From contig CAVNZM010000004.1 in assembly GCA_963693365.1 (NCBI GenBank), positions 9,514,468 to 9,578,467 on the forward strand: 64,000 bases of DNA, read 5' to 3'. How positions within the stretch are numbered: the stretch's first letter is position 1; each line of letters starts with the position of its first letter. Positions 1 through 14,584 of the stretch are shown piece by piece. Source of the stretch: Amoebidium appalachense. Lineage: Eukaryota > Protista > Ichthyosporea. The position numbers and the translations under genes were made by a program. A model generated the notes under the pieces. That model saw only the letters and a program-made list of their open reading frames with translations, did no database searches and was not told the DNA's origin.

Positions 1-73
1 CCCCCTCCCTCTTATCTGCTTCTCCACCCCCTCCCCTCCCCACCCCCCTCCCCCCGAGCCCCCACCGCAACCT

Positions 74-440
<367 letters not shown>

Positions 441-556
441 GTCGAGTCACACTAACCACAACCACCCACCCATACACACACACACAGGCAATCCCTCCCT
501 CCCCCCCCCTCCCCCCCCCCCAAAAAACACACACACACACACATACATACGTGCAG

Positions 557-3110
557 GGCGCAGCGTCTGTAGGTTCTTTGAGTCTTTCTGCCTACAACAA
601 AGTGGACATACGTGTTGTCTGCCCTCACCCGACTGAACCAAACACGTTCGTGGAGGTAGAGGGGGGGGAAAAAGAGGGGGAGGTGTGGGTGTGTTCCCCC
701 TCGAAAGCAGCGGGATATTGGGGAAAACCCGAACTTACGCAAAAGGTTTTCCACGCCCAAATTCAAGGGATAACCGACCGAACATATCTACGCACGGGGG
801 ATATCGGTTACGTTCGTGACGGCGAGCTCTACATTTCGGGTCGTATCAAGGACTTAATTATTGTCCAAGGGAAGAATTTCGCCCCGACGGACCTCGAACG
901 CGCCGCCGAATCGAAATTTCCATCGCAGATCAGGCCTGGATCGTCCGTTGCGTTTCAGCATGGGCCGGGTAGCGCCGGATTGGTATGTGAGGTAAGGGAC
1001 ACTTTCAAGGGGGATCTCAAGAAGTTAGCGGAGGACGTTCGTCGAACCGTCCAATCAAATTGCGGCATTGTTATCAACACGATCGGATTGGTGGAAATGA
1101 GGATGGTCCCCAAAACGACCAGCGGTAAGGTGCAACGATCAAAAGCGAGGCAAATGTACGAACGGGACGAATTTAAGTTTTTGGCGCGGGTGGGAGAGGA
1201 CGGGGAAGATGGGTCGGAAGGAATGAAAATGACGTATGAGGGGGTGAACACGATCGAAGACTTGTTGGGGGCGTTCAGTATCGACCCCTTGGAGCATGGG
1301 GGCAATACGTTGCCGCAACTCGGATTCGATTCGATGAGATTGGTGAGATTTACAAACACGGCGCGTGATCGGTTGAATGTTGAGATTCCTATGGAGGAGA
1401 TGTCGATTTTGACTGTAAATGAAATCATAGCCAAACTCCGACGCGGCGAATTTTCGATCAAATCTGAAAAGGTGAACGTCAGGATCCCATTTTTTACGCC
1501 GACAGGATCCACGCCGCATGTTTTCTTACGCATTTTCATGCAGACAGTGGGGGTTCTATTCATTTTTCTGTCCGTATGCATCAGTGCCATTCCTTCGGTA
1601 CTGATAGCGGGTCGATTTTACGACTCTCAGAACGCTTGGTGGTCGATAGATGGGCGTGCGGGGCCTCTTGTAATTTTGTGTGTCCCCTTGGCAATGGGGG
1701 TTTTTACGCTATGGTTGGTGGTGTGCAAGTGGGTGCTGGTGGGGAGGAGGCGGCCGGGGGGTTGCATGATGTGGTCGGTCGAATTTACGCGCTGGTGGAT
1801 TGTTGACCGACTGGCCCACGTCTGGGAGGTAAATTTCTACTTACCACCTTCTCATCCATACATCGACCCTCCCCCCCCCCCCCCCCCCCCCCCCCCGCCC
1901 CCCCCCCCCCCCCCCCCCCGCCGCCGCTGTCGCCACCAACTGTAACATATTCTATAGCCCCTTCCACCCCTCCCCCAAAATGCTCGCTCTTGGGTGCATA
2001 TATATTTTGATCACGAACACCACGATAATTTCACGTAATGGTTTGAATAATTTTGTGTTTATGTGTTGGTGCCTGGGGTTCTGAACTACGTTATTTCTTT
2101 TTTTCTTCGGTGCACAGCTTCGTGGATTGCACTACCTCCCCCCCCCCCCCCCCCCCCCTTCCCCCCTCCCCCTCCCCCCCAAACGTGCGTCCCGCTCCAG
2201 TTCCCTCCCCTTCCCCCTGCCACCCCCCCCCCCCCCCCCCCCCTCAAACACCCCCTCCTCCCTGCCCTCTAAGGGGCTTTTTCTCCCTCCCATGCTTACC
2301 CTCCTCCTACCCCCCCCCCCCCCCCCCACCTTCCCCCCGTGTCACAGCACGCTGCCCTTCCCCTGCTCTCGCTGACCGTAGTTCCCTGTCCTTCTTGGGC
2401 CTCCTCTCCACTTTCATCATGTTATGGTTAACCTAATAGTCACGGCTTTTCCTCCATCTGTCGACTTAGCATTGGAAAAACCAGTACAAGTTTGTATGGC
2501 CGTTTACGGACATAGGCACTAATATCAAATTTAAATATTTATGAATCAAAACCGTAAAAATTATGAGCCGAGATAAATGGGCGCCACACTCACTCGCATC
2601 AACAACCACCTTTTTTTAAACAGGTCCTGGTGGGTGTATTTCTTCTTGAGACCCCCTGGCTCAATGTCGTTTACAAGATGATGGGAGGTTCCATTGCATT
2701 TTCAGCACGTTTGGACATATTTCTGCGAAACTGGGACCTGGTGTCCGTGGGGAATGGCGCCCACGTCAAGGGGAGGCTGTCGGCAAGGTTTTTCGCGGAG
2801 GGGGGCTCATGTTTGCTGAAGTTAAGGTCGGCCACAATGCAGGTAGGTGTCTTATCATTGATCAAGACCCCTTGTTAAACCCCCGTGCTATGCAATGAAT
2901 TTTCAGTGTTGCTATGATAGTATCATCGGAACTCTACATCAACCTATGATATAGAGGTGGTGAGTATCCGGCCAGTTGCCCCGTACCAATAGCATTGTGT
3001 TACTGTGTACATTCAGGACTGGGCCGTTTGTGGTTGATAGTATGCATCCAAACAGAGCACGCACACACGCACGCACGTGCACGCGCGCACACACATACAC
3101 ACACACACAC

Positions 3111-3188
<78 letters not shown>

Positions 3189-3255
3189 TCCCCTCCCCCT
3201 TCCCCTCCCCCTGACACGGACACACACATACACGCACATGGACGCACAGCCCCCC

Positions 3256-3286
<31 letters not shown>

Positions 3287-3358
3287 AAAAAAAAGGGGGA
3301 CACACACACACACACTCACTTTGCACTTACTCTTTTCCCCAACTCACACACTCATGAT

Positions 3359-3421
<63 letters not shown>

Positions 3422-4379
3422 CAGTGGTGGGATCTGCTGCCGTGGTACAACTTGGGTCGGTCATTGAATCCGGCACAAATATCGAACCCCGCACCGTTGT
3501 AACCCCCTTTAGCTTTATGGGCCCTGGTACGTGGTCCGGCAACCCAGCCCGAAACATCGACACCCCTATTTCTACAGCGTCCGAAATGTGCAGCAGGGAT
3601 GCCATAGACCCCCCTAATGTTCTGGAAAATTCGGATGATTCTCCGGTAGACTCGCCAAGCGGGAGCACTTGCACACCAGTCACGTCAGTCACCGAAGAAA
3701 GTCTGAATAATGGCAAAGGGGTCGCAACCGCCAAAACCGCTAAAACGGAAATAATAAGCTCACAATCGACGTTCGCCCATGAAATTTGCATTGGCGACCA
3801 ATCAAAACTTTCTCCTCGGGGGGTCATTCATGATAGCCCGTACCTTTTTTCACGAATTTCCTTCCCATTTGTTCTACTGTTCGTAATTACATGCACCAGC
3901 TGCATATGGAACCTTGCCGTACCTGCTCTACCGGTCGGGGACGCATTTTCGATCGCCTTCATATTGCAGTGTTTTGTGTATGTGGCTACTTTCCAGCTGT
4001 GTGGGATCACACTGTTTGCAATGTCAGTGGCTCTGAAATGGTCCTTCGTGAGGTATGTGCAAAAATGTGCATATCCCCAGTGTATACTAATGAATGTGCA
4101 TATATCCTGTAAATGTCCATATCCACTGTAAATTTAGTGTGCATATCCCATGGGAAAATTTCGGTGCATATATCCTGTAAATTCGCGCATATCCTCTGCA
4201 AATGTGAATCTCCCCTGCAAATATGCATAAATCCTAAAAACGTGCATATCACCCGTAAATGCGCATATCACCTGCCATTAGCCCTCACCCTCCACTCCCT
4301 TCCTTACTATTGCCGCAAACCCTGTGCACACGTCAGCACCTTGCACACAAACACCAGATCTGGGCCCTTCCCCCCCCCC

Positions 4380-4410
<31 letters not shown>

Positions 4411-5121
4411 ACACCCCCGCACACACACAAACACACATCTGCACAGACACACACAAAACAACACAAAACCAGTTCCTATAATCCCCTCTGCCCTCCCAAA
4501 TACCAGGTTTGGGACCCCCTCCCCCTCCCCTCCTCCCCCCCCCCCCCCCCTTCCCCCCCCCAAAAAAAAAAGAAGAAGAAGATATAAAAAAAGAGGAGTT
4601 GGGCATACAAAAGCCGGCTCACACACATCTACTCTCTGTGGTGCACAAAAATACGGGCCCACACACACATGGTCAATCTTTCTCTCTATTCTACCTCTTT
4701 GCTAATCAGGTCCACCCAGTTTGGTGGCAGGGTTATAGTTTTGCATCTACCTTCCATTGGATTATCCTTAATTCTTGTTTCAAACGTAGAAATGGGAGAT
4801 TATCCTACACCTGGAAAGTACCCCTCGAGGATTAAATGAGATCCTATTGATGGTTTCCCCAGTCTTACCATTTAACCTATTTCCGACCACGCAGCCCCTG
4901 GTGGACCGACCGGCTCTCTGAGGTTGTGCACGACGTGTTCTTTCCATATGTGGCAAAGAACATTCTAGTCAACCTGTGGCTCATGTGCTACGGCATGCGG
5001 TTGGGTGCTTTCAGCCACCCGACATACACAACGATCGTGTCGGCGTCTGTTGCACACCTGGTCACCGTGGGCAGAGGTGTGTGTGTGTGTCTGTGGTGGT
5101 GGTGGTACTGGTGGTGGTGGT

Positions 5122-5205
<84 letters not shown>

Positions 5206-5404
5206 GTGTGTGTTTCTTTTCTTTTCTTCACTTTTCTTTTTTTTTTTTTTTTTTTTTGCGCGGGGGGGGGGGGGGGGGGGGGGGAGGGCGGGGGGATGAA
5301 TGTTGGTGTGTGTGGGGGGGGGGGGGGGGGGGGAGGGGAAAGGTGTGTGCATGCGTGTGTGCGCACGTGTGTGTGTGTGTGTGTGTGTTTGGGGGTGGGG
5401 TTGG

Positions 5405-5486
<82 letters not shown>

Positions 5487-7305
5487 ATGGGTGTTTGTAC
5501 ACGCAATTGGTAAACGAGCTGACAAGTCGGCAGCATGTGTGCATTGCACGTGTGTGAGCGTGTGTCTGTAGATGTGTCCGTTCTCCTGTACACTCCCCCG
5601 TTTTGGTGCTCCTCTTTCTTTCACTTCTCTAAGTAAACACAACTCTCTCTCGCTTTTCAGACTTGTCTGATACACCGTCTGATCATTATAATCTTACATC
5701 TATTCTCCATTAGTCCTCACTAATCACATAATTGTTGAAACCCCTCCCGTCCCCTTGCCCCCCTCCCCCCCCCCCCCCCCCCTCTCTCCCTCCCTTCCTC
5801 CTTCCCTCTCCCTCCCGTCACTACCCCCCCCCCCCCCCCCCCCCCCAATTCTACGACCACAGGGGTGTTCCTAGCAAACAGCTCCCTCAGCCCGGCCCCC
5901 GGCCACCCAATCAAAATTGGAAACAACTGCGAACTGGGTGTACAGTCGAGAATTGAAGCCGGTGTCGAAATACCGGACGGCTCGTTTGGGGTGGGGGCTT
6001 TTACACGCGTAAAATCGGGAACCGTAGTCGGAAAAAACCAACTTTTGGTCGGAAATCCGCCGCTTGTACTGAATTCCAAACCGACGGTTAAGAATCTTGC
6101 GGCTGTTGGCATGGGTGTACATGTTTTGCTCACGTTTGTGACGCTGGGAACGATTCTGTGCGAGTTTTTGATTGGTTTACAGTGCATGGTGGTTCTCCCG
6201 ATCTACGCACTTCCTCCCGCCGTATATGTCCCGATCGCTTTCGGTTTTTTTGTCATTTTTCTGGGAATTTCATTTTGGGTTAACCTCGTCGCGTTCAAGT
6301 GGATCTCTGTCGGTAGGCGCCGAAAGGGATCGATTAGCGTCGGATCGGTGGAATCGTTGCTTTTCTATCAGGGCCAGTTTTTATTAGATATGTTATTGTC
6401 TGTGGTCGGGCCGTTTATTTTTGGCAGCTATTTGTTTAACTTGGTTATGACGTCGTTTGGAGCAAATGTGGATGTGTCGACGGTGTTTATCAACGAGGCC
6501 TATCCTGATGTAAGTGTTAGTGTTCTGTGTGTGGGGGTTGATATGTTTGCCCTTTTCTCCATTTTTCTTCGTTGTTTTTTTTTCCCTTTCTTTCTTTCAA
6601 AGTTTCTCTCCCCTCACTCCCCCCTCCCCCCCCCCCCCCCCCCTTTTTTTTTGTCGAAAAGACGCAGTGATTCTCGAACTACCTATGAGTTCGTTCTGCA
6701 ATGCTTAGATCAAGCTGACGGTTTTTTATAAGGAGTGGTGCCTGCACATGCGCACATGCCTATTTGTGAGCGAACCTGAATTAGAAGGACCGTGTGTGTG
6801 TGTCAGTGTGTATGTCTCTGTGTGTGGGGGGAGAGGGGGGGGGAAGTGAGAGAGACGGGTTGGGGGAGGGGGAGAGGGCAACCGCGCGGGGAGGGGGGGG
6901 GGGGGGGGGGGGGATCGGCTGTACAGCCTCGCCTCTTAGTAACTTACAATGCATTCTTCTTTTTGATTGATTGAAAATCACACACAGGGGATGGACGGTG
7001 AGCTACTGACATACTCTGATTGGTCGGTTGTCGACTGCGGCGGATATGCCAGTGCTCACCGCATGGACCACGGCAAAGTGTACTTCAGCGAAATACGGGT
7101 GGGGTCCTATGCAGTGATCCACCCCAGCGCGGGGTTTCTATGTGGCGAAATTTCAAGTCATGCGGCGATTTTGCCGCGCAGCAAAACTCTGCATTGGTCG
7201 GTGCCTGTGCCCGAGGGGGAGGTGTGGGCGGGTGTGCCGGCCCAAAAGACGTGTGTGGAGAGGGTTAATGTTGGTGGCTACGGGCATAAGATGGCTCAGG
7301 TTTGA
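557..7305 (+). CDS. 5'-partial multidomain enzyme: FAAL-type adenylation domain C-terminus, phosphopantetheine carrier domain, then Pls/PosA-like (NRPS-terminal) region of transmembrane helices alternating with three left-handed beta-helix-like segments
   Basis: Exons 557-1828, 2624-2842, 3425-4052, 4895-5076, 5863-6509, 6988-7305, all GT-AG. Phases are consistent if one G is added to the run at 2800-2805 (3266+1 nt = 1089 codons). Motifs: [37 protein letters not shown] and [10 protein letters not shown] (FAAL-like); LGFDSM (carrier Ser); repeated KW-x-x-VGR TM ends, WWIVDRL/WWTDRL and hexapeptide-like runs ([20 protein letters not shown]..., WAGVPA). Confidence 0.85.
3113..3186. repeat. (GA)n microsatellite (intronic)
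   Basis: Read directly. Confidence 0.95.
4055..4272. repeat. Degenerate ~20-bp minisatellite (consensus near AAATGTGCATATCCCCTGT) starting right after the exon-3 donor
   Basis: About 10 recognisable units with a GTGCATATC-like core. Confidence 0.75.
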
Positions 7306-7485
7306 AGTTACGAGGGGAGGGGAGGTGCGTGCGGCGGGGGGAGGGGGGGGGGAGGGGGGGGGGGGGGGGTCTTGGTGAAGGATTCGAAGATGTCTTTTCA
7401 ATTTCATGGTTTCATTCCTAGCTGTTACATGCCATATAATAGTGCTTGGTCAAGCACACCCTTGGGGGGAGGGGGGGGGAGGGGG

Positions 7486-7519
<34 letters not shown>

Positions 7520-8916
7520 GGGAGGCAGCATTACGTAGGCTTCTGTCGTTGTGCGTTTGTCAGTTTGTGTTTGGAATGTTGCGTGTGCATGTATCATCAA
7601 CTAGCTGTATACGAGTTGCATAAACCCACATAAGTTGTAGATAGTATGTTACTAATGATAGAGTGTATGGATGGATAGTGTGCATGTATGTGATTATGGT
7701 GAATTCGAAGGCGATTGATTACCAACGTGCACAACAGTTTAAATAATAGCTAGCTCGAGTGTGAAATCAAAATTATTATGTAGTTGCTTTATAAAACAAA
7801 AGTCACTTAGTGAGGCACATGAGTGGTGTGTTTAAGACTTGTAGTACATGTTTCATGTTGTTACGAACAGTCATGTATTCAGTTTGCTAAACTGATTTGT
7901 GAGATGCACAGAGTTAGCAGAAACGATGAAACCGTATGCGTAGTAACATAATAAACTCTATCATAGCATGGCAATTGCCATAATAATTTACTTGATTGTG
8001 TGAACTTATATGCGGCACCACAATCATCAAAACGGCTCTTGGCCGCATTGAGTCCAAATATGTGGGTAATCAGGGACGTATTCTATACCAAAATCCAAAG
8101 GTATGTGAGGGATTAGTACTCCAATGATGATTTGCTCGGCCCATGATAATCGACATGCATTCATGTATACCGGAAGGCACGTATACTGAATGCTTTTTGA
8201 TGTAAGAGTATCGTAAGTGATTCATACTAATATAACAAGCTTTACGTGCAACAAATAGCGTATACATGAAATTGCAACACATGCCATGGTCCGCGTATGC
8301 ACATCCATACCCTCCTTGCCACATCAAGCAATGCTCATGCACATAACACGTGTACACACAACTTAACTCACATGCACACGGAGGCGCGAGCACACGGATA
8401 CTATAGAGTATTCGTCCTTCACCAAAGGCACCCACTCATCATTTATTTGGACTCACCGGCTTGACGGGTGTTTCATACACGTGAATAATATACAAATATA
8501 TACAACACTCATTCCAACATAGTGCTTTAAGACCTTCGTTCCGCCCGTGGACCCACGTGTAATTTGAACCCGTTTAAAGCAGGGTTGCAGCTGTCTCTAT
8601 GTACATGTGCTTTGCTGGTTTGCCGGATCAGTGTATACGAGGTATGTACGCCGCTAGGGAGGGGATGTAAGGTATTCACAACTTCCACAGAGGGACCCAT
8701 CCCTTCTTTTCATATTCGTGCTTGCACTGCTTGCACCTACAATTTCATCAACTATGATTCAATATTAGTGTACCGATGCATATAGGTAGAGGTGTTCCGA
8801 TGGTGTTTGTGTTCATGTTGATTACACCCAATAACATAGACATATCCATATGGTCCATATATGGCCGTGCTTACGCAAGCACATGTATGTACCACAGTAT
8901 GCATCTGATCGACTAT

Positions 8917-9640
8917 TTAGCTGCGCTTGGGAGTCCACGCCCAGACCATCGTGCATTTGATTGGTTCTTTGTCATCTTCGTCTGTCACCGTGATTGGCAC
9001 GGATATCTCACCCTGTCAGCAAGAATCACCTAATTAGTGAGAGAGAAGGCAACCAAACATACCTGAAGTGTACGCTAAACATATCCATTATGGTCAAAAA
9101 CACACCAAACATGCAATCGGGGCCTTTTAATTTGTAAAAACATACGTGCATAATCAATCTCATATCATCGTACTGAAATACTAAAAAGGTGTTGGAAGCT
9201 GGGTCCGTCAACCTCCTCCTCCTCCCCCCCCCCCCCCCCCCCCCCCCACACACACACCCAAACCCGCACACACACACCCAAACCACCACGCACACACAAG
9301 GACCTCCTCGTTATTCGATCATGGTTGGTTCAGATGAAAAGTGGATGAATAAGGGAAGAGCCCAGGACGAAACAAACTTTTTAGGGGTGTGAGGGAAGGG
9401 CGGTAAGGGTGGCGGTGGCCGCCGCCGCCCTGGGGGGGGGGGGGGGGGGGGGGGGGGGTCTGTAATTTCGGGCCTACTGGGAAGGGGGAGAAAGGGGGAA
9501 AAAAAAAAAAAAAAAAAAAAAAAAAAGGAAAGGGGTCCCGCCAGCCTTTCCATGACGGGCGGGCACATAATCTCACAACGCAACCACGTACACCCACACA
9601 CCCACACCAATTTACCCACCCAGGCACCCGCACGGATTAA

Positions 9641-9671
<31 letters not shown>

Positions 9672-10682
9672 ACACACACAAAAAAAAAAAAAAGAAAAAG
9701 AAAAAGAAAAAAAGAAAGAAAAGAAAAGGGGAAAAAAAAAAAAAAAAAAAAAGAAAAAAAAAGAAAACCCCACGCTATGAAAAGGTTATGTTGCTGGTCC
9801 GATAATCACAATTGATAGGGTGAGATTCACCCACCTTCTCAATCTCGCGTATGTGTCGGATTTGCTCCTCACTCAACTCCGCTATTGTGTGTTTGGAAAA
9901 CATAACGTTAGTAATCGAACACAAAAAAAACGGGTGCAGAAGCGCGCCATTCGCAGTAGCGGCGGCTCAGCCAGACATGGGGAGGGTGGAGAGGGAGCTT
10001 CTTTTTTTTTTTTTTTTTTTTTTTTTTGGGGGGGGGGGGGGGGGAAGAATAATGCGAGGGAAAGTACAGTGACAGAACAGGGGTATAAAATATTACTGTG
10101 CCTGCTACCCTCTGCCTATGACCCCAATATCTTGCACTAATGCCTAGTACTTTAAGGGTCAAGACCGCTGTCGCACCTCTAGCCTCCCTCGCATTCTCTC
10201 CCCCCCCCCCCCCCTCCCCTCCCTCCCCCCGCCCCCGCGGCCGCGGGGGGGGGGGGGGGGGGGGGGAAGGAAAAAAAAAACCACGACCGCACCCCCCGCA
10301 AGCTGGAAGGGATCCAGGGTGAAAAGGTGGAGAGAGAGAGAGGAATGGTGTGAGAGGGGTCGGGCCTGTGGGTAAGCAGTGAGAGATAGTACGTAAGATC
10401 GCATGCCCATGCTTGAGAACTGATTACTACCGTGTGCATTCCCAATGTATGAATGTGGGTGCATATTCCACACTGACCAGACTTACCCGCCCCCCTCCCC
10501 CCCTCCCCCCGCCCCGCACCCCCTGCCCCGCCTCTCTAGCCCAACGCATCTCCATACGCCGTCTCTGACAATTACCGCAAAGCGCCGCTCCATGAGAAGA
10601 ATGTAAAAAGATTAAAAGTATTTGGAGCGATCAGTGGCATGACATCATAGTGTGTGTGTGTGTGTGTGTGTGTGGTGGTGGT

Positions 10683-10719
<37 letters not shown>

Positions 10720-12157
10720 TCACCTACGGCCCTCAGGTTTCCCTTCGCCCTCCTCACAAAGTTGACAGTCATCGTTTTGATAACCGGCGTAGCACTGTCT
10801 CGCACGTTCATCCCTGCATCGTGTGTAGGTGTTTTGAAATTTGTCAGAACACACATACGTTAAAAGAGGGGAGCAGAAGAAGAAGGTCGAGGGGGGAGGG
10901 TGGGGGGGATGGGGAGGCGACTAAATCTATGAACCTTAAAGCAGGGAAATGTCAAGCCCAACTCCATAACATGTACATCATTGACTATTGCACCGGACAG
11001 ATGCACACATGCGGGCGTGCGCGCGCACACACACACACACAGACAGACACCGCCAAGTCTCCAAACACTTGGCCACACACGTGCGCCTGTGCACATGCAT
11101 GTGCAAACACATGTTGGCAGCCCACACTCCCACGTGACACCATGCCTCCCTCCCCCCCCCCCCCCCCCCCTACAAGCACTCGCTGGCACCTTTTTTCACC
11201 ACATCCAGAAACACGCACACGAGCCAAAGGCAATGCCCAGTGTGTATGTTGGTGTCGTGTCGGTGCGTGCTTTGCCCCGTGCCTCCCCCCCCCCCCCCCC
11301 CCCCCCCTCCCCTCCCCCCCCCCCCCCCCCCCAAAAAAAACCCCTCCTTTCGATTACAGGGGGATGTGCACGTGCCCACATGCATAAGCACCCAAAAGCC
11401 ACCTCAAAAATACACCAACCACGCCAAACTAAAAAAAGATAGTTCAAGTATGACACATGACCGCAACAGACAGCAAAACGATCACTCCACCCACAAAATA
11501 AACATTTTTCAAACTTGCGCAAATTGGAACGGATCACTCACCCACGACAAACCCTGTTGCAGACTCAGCCACAAGAGCCATGGCAGCCGCATGGACCCCC
11601 CCAATGTGATTCTGCACCCTGGAACGGTTGCGGATGACAAGCGACACTTGGTTGGGTGCCATGTGTTCCACATCAATCTGCAACCGGGAATCAACAACTG
11701 AATCTACAGTCCAGTAAGAAGAAAAGGGTTAAGAATAAGCTTGGCAGCCAAAAGAGCAGAACCACTACAAATGGGCATCATTGCTATTCTCAACGTAGAG
11801 GATGTGTGCGACTTTCTTATTAACCAAACGAAAAACAATAGACTATCACCAAAAAAAAAAAAAAAAAAAAAAAAAGTACGCAGCAGATGCATTTTCCCGT
11901 CACATGATCGTCTTACTTCCCCCCCCCCCCCCCCCCCCCCCCCCCCGGCCCCTCCTTCCCCCTTCCGCCGTCAGTTCAACCACGGCAATTTTATTTTTAA
12001 AAGAAGGTTGGAAACCGCCACCCACCTTTGCCGTTCCAAAGAACTTCACTTTCGACCCAAGTGCCCACGCCAACAGGCGGTTGTTGATGTTGGAAGGTAG
12101 CGGCAACCGCTGAATGCGCCCAACAATGGACGAGAAGGCATTGAATGGCTTGGACAT
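8917..12157 (-). CDS. DUF4442 / PaaI-like hotdog-fold thioesterase-family protein, ~166 aa
   Basis: Exons 12157-12026, 11677-11542, 10813-10724, 9881-9835, 9012-8917 (501 nt, in phase, GT-AG). Protein contains RNRSRVQNHIGGVHAAAMALVAESATGFVVGMN, IKTMTVNFVRRAKGNLRAVAEL and KEPIKCTMVWAWTPK. An acceptor just upstream of the ATG suggests a further 5' exon. The ORF track mostly misses this gene. Confidence 0.85.
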
Positions 12158-13684
12158 GGTGCGTGGATGGTACCTGTGAGGGCGTGGGGTTTGGAGTCCC
12201 GGGGGCGGGGAGTGTGGGGGGGGTGGGGGGAGGGGGAGGGGGGTTGAGGGGGGGAGGGGGAAGGTTTAGAGGGAGGGAGGGGAACGGCATAAGAGAGGGA
12301 CAAGGTTTGGAGTAGCTGAATGTGCCATAGGCTAGAGCGACAGAGCATCAGGGCCTGAGATGCAAGATCCCCCTTCTGCCCCCTGCCAGTGCACCCACCC
12401 ATCTACTCCCCTCCTTTAATGTTTCCTGCCGCTGTGTCCCAAGAGTGACAGCAAGAAAAGAGTGTTATGGCAGGGGAAGGAAGGAAGTTGGGGTAAAAGA
12501 TAGGAGCTGGGAAGATGTCCACGGGGAAAGAAAAATGTCAAAGAGGAAGATGGGTTGATGGCTGAAATTGTATCTTGTACTTTTTGAACAACGCAAAAAA
12601 AAAACTTTTTGATTGTTGAGAGCAATGCAGGGGGCACTGGAGAGCAAAGCAAATGTAAACCGAAATCTGTGCCAACGGAGTACACGGAACTTGGAAGCGG
12701 GGGGGGGGGGGGGGGGGGAGGGAGGGGGGGGGGGGGGGGGGGGAGGAGGGAAGTGGAAGTGGGTTGGGGGGGGGGGGGGGGGGGGATGGGGAGGATATCA
12801 TCGTACAAAAAAAGCTTACGCGTTGCGTGTGGTTTTCAGGAAAATTCGTTTGCGTTCGTGTTGTTGTTGTTGTTACTACCTATAGGTACTGTCAGACAAC
12901 TTTTGTGGGAGGCTGAAAACGAAGTCCGCACATTCACCGAGTTCGTGCCAAAAAGCAAGAAAGTGAGCAGTTCTCAAAAAGGCTCGCCACCTGCCATATA
13001 TAGGTTTATGTTGGGTGCGTAACACACCAATCAGATAGCAGCAGATTTCTTATTAGTTTATACAGCCACCATGGTGACGGCACTCAGTGCTGAGAGTTGT
13101 AAAAAGGACACAAAACGAAACACAAGGTCAGGGTATATTTATAATATATAAATAAATATATATACCAGCGTATTCAGTTATATAGTCGAATACACATTGT
13201 ATATGTATATACTTGATAGGCTTCATTCTACCTTATAGGCGGTCCGCAGGCTTGTTAGGAGCCGTTGGCGAAAACATAGCATTTGGATCTACAGGCTTTT
13301 TCAGAGTGGCAGGCACCCGGATTTTCAGCAAAGTTGAGTATACCAATCCAGGTGGGGGGCGTGTTCGTTTACCTCGCTGTTTCATCACAAGACTAAAGGA
13401 CTGGCACCAGTTGAATGAAACAAGGATTTATGCACACAGGCGAAAAGAGGATTCAGTGGGTTCGAGGGTTGGTACAGCGAGGCACGCGCACGGGACCACA
13501 ATTACAGCATTACCACGAACAAGGATTAGGTAACAAGTCATTAGTTAAACCTTCCTCTCAGTTGTAAACCTTCCTCTCCGTTGTCTGCTTCTCACAGAGC
13601 ACTTGTAATGTTATCACCCTGGTGCTGGCCATTTTGAAGGAGTAACCCTCTTGAGGACATGGAGCGGTCCATGCGTCACCCAAC

Positions 13685-14543
13685 ATGAGCGCAAAAATGA
13701 CTGTCACCTTCAAACCCGTTTGGGTTTCCTTTTTCGGCGGCGTGCTTGTATCTATCCTATGTTTCTCTCTCTTCGGTTCCTTTGGCCCTTCATTACCGTG
13801 TGTGCAGGACGCACCAACCGCTTTTTCGACTCCCACAAACTCACTGTCGATGCAACAGCCAATAACGGATTGCTCACAATGTGAGAATACCCTTGCTAAA
13901 CAAGACGGCGATGTGGCTGGGAAAAGAGCATTCACGACGCTCATGGCAGACACAGTAACAGCATGGAACACTCTGTGTCTGGCGTACTTTCTTCATGTGA
14001 GAGTAAAGTCTAAGTATCCGCTGGTGGTGATGACTTTGCAAGACAACCTGGATGAGAGGTTGGAGAAAGCATTAAAGGGGTTGAATGCAGTGCCCTTGAG
14101 GATAGAGAGGTTCCCAGTGGAGCCGACAGGCACACAGGTGAGTTATTGTGGAAAATTTCGTGTGGAATGGGGGAACATGGCATACACAAACTTATGCATC
14201 ACCAGGTGCTCACCGACAGACAGGGGCATACTTCACTTTCTATGATCTACCCCCAGACAATCCTACCCTCTGCCTGCCATCTTGACTCCCGCCCTCATCT
14301 CACCCCCCAACCTCCCCATTGCTTATATAAAAAGATCTGAGAAAGGTGCCAGTTGTGGGATCTGTTTAGACACCTTTTGCCTTTTTACAGCTATTCTGTT
14401 TTGCTTTTGGTTTGTGTGCTTCTCTTGTTAACTTTTCCCTTCGTCACGTTCTCGACTCCTTTTTCTTTTTCCTTTCTCTTCCTTTTCTTTCTAATCTTCT
14501 AATGTTTTTGCATGTATACCCCACCCCAAACCCCCCTCCCCCC

Positions 14544-14584
<41 letters not shown>

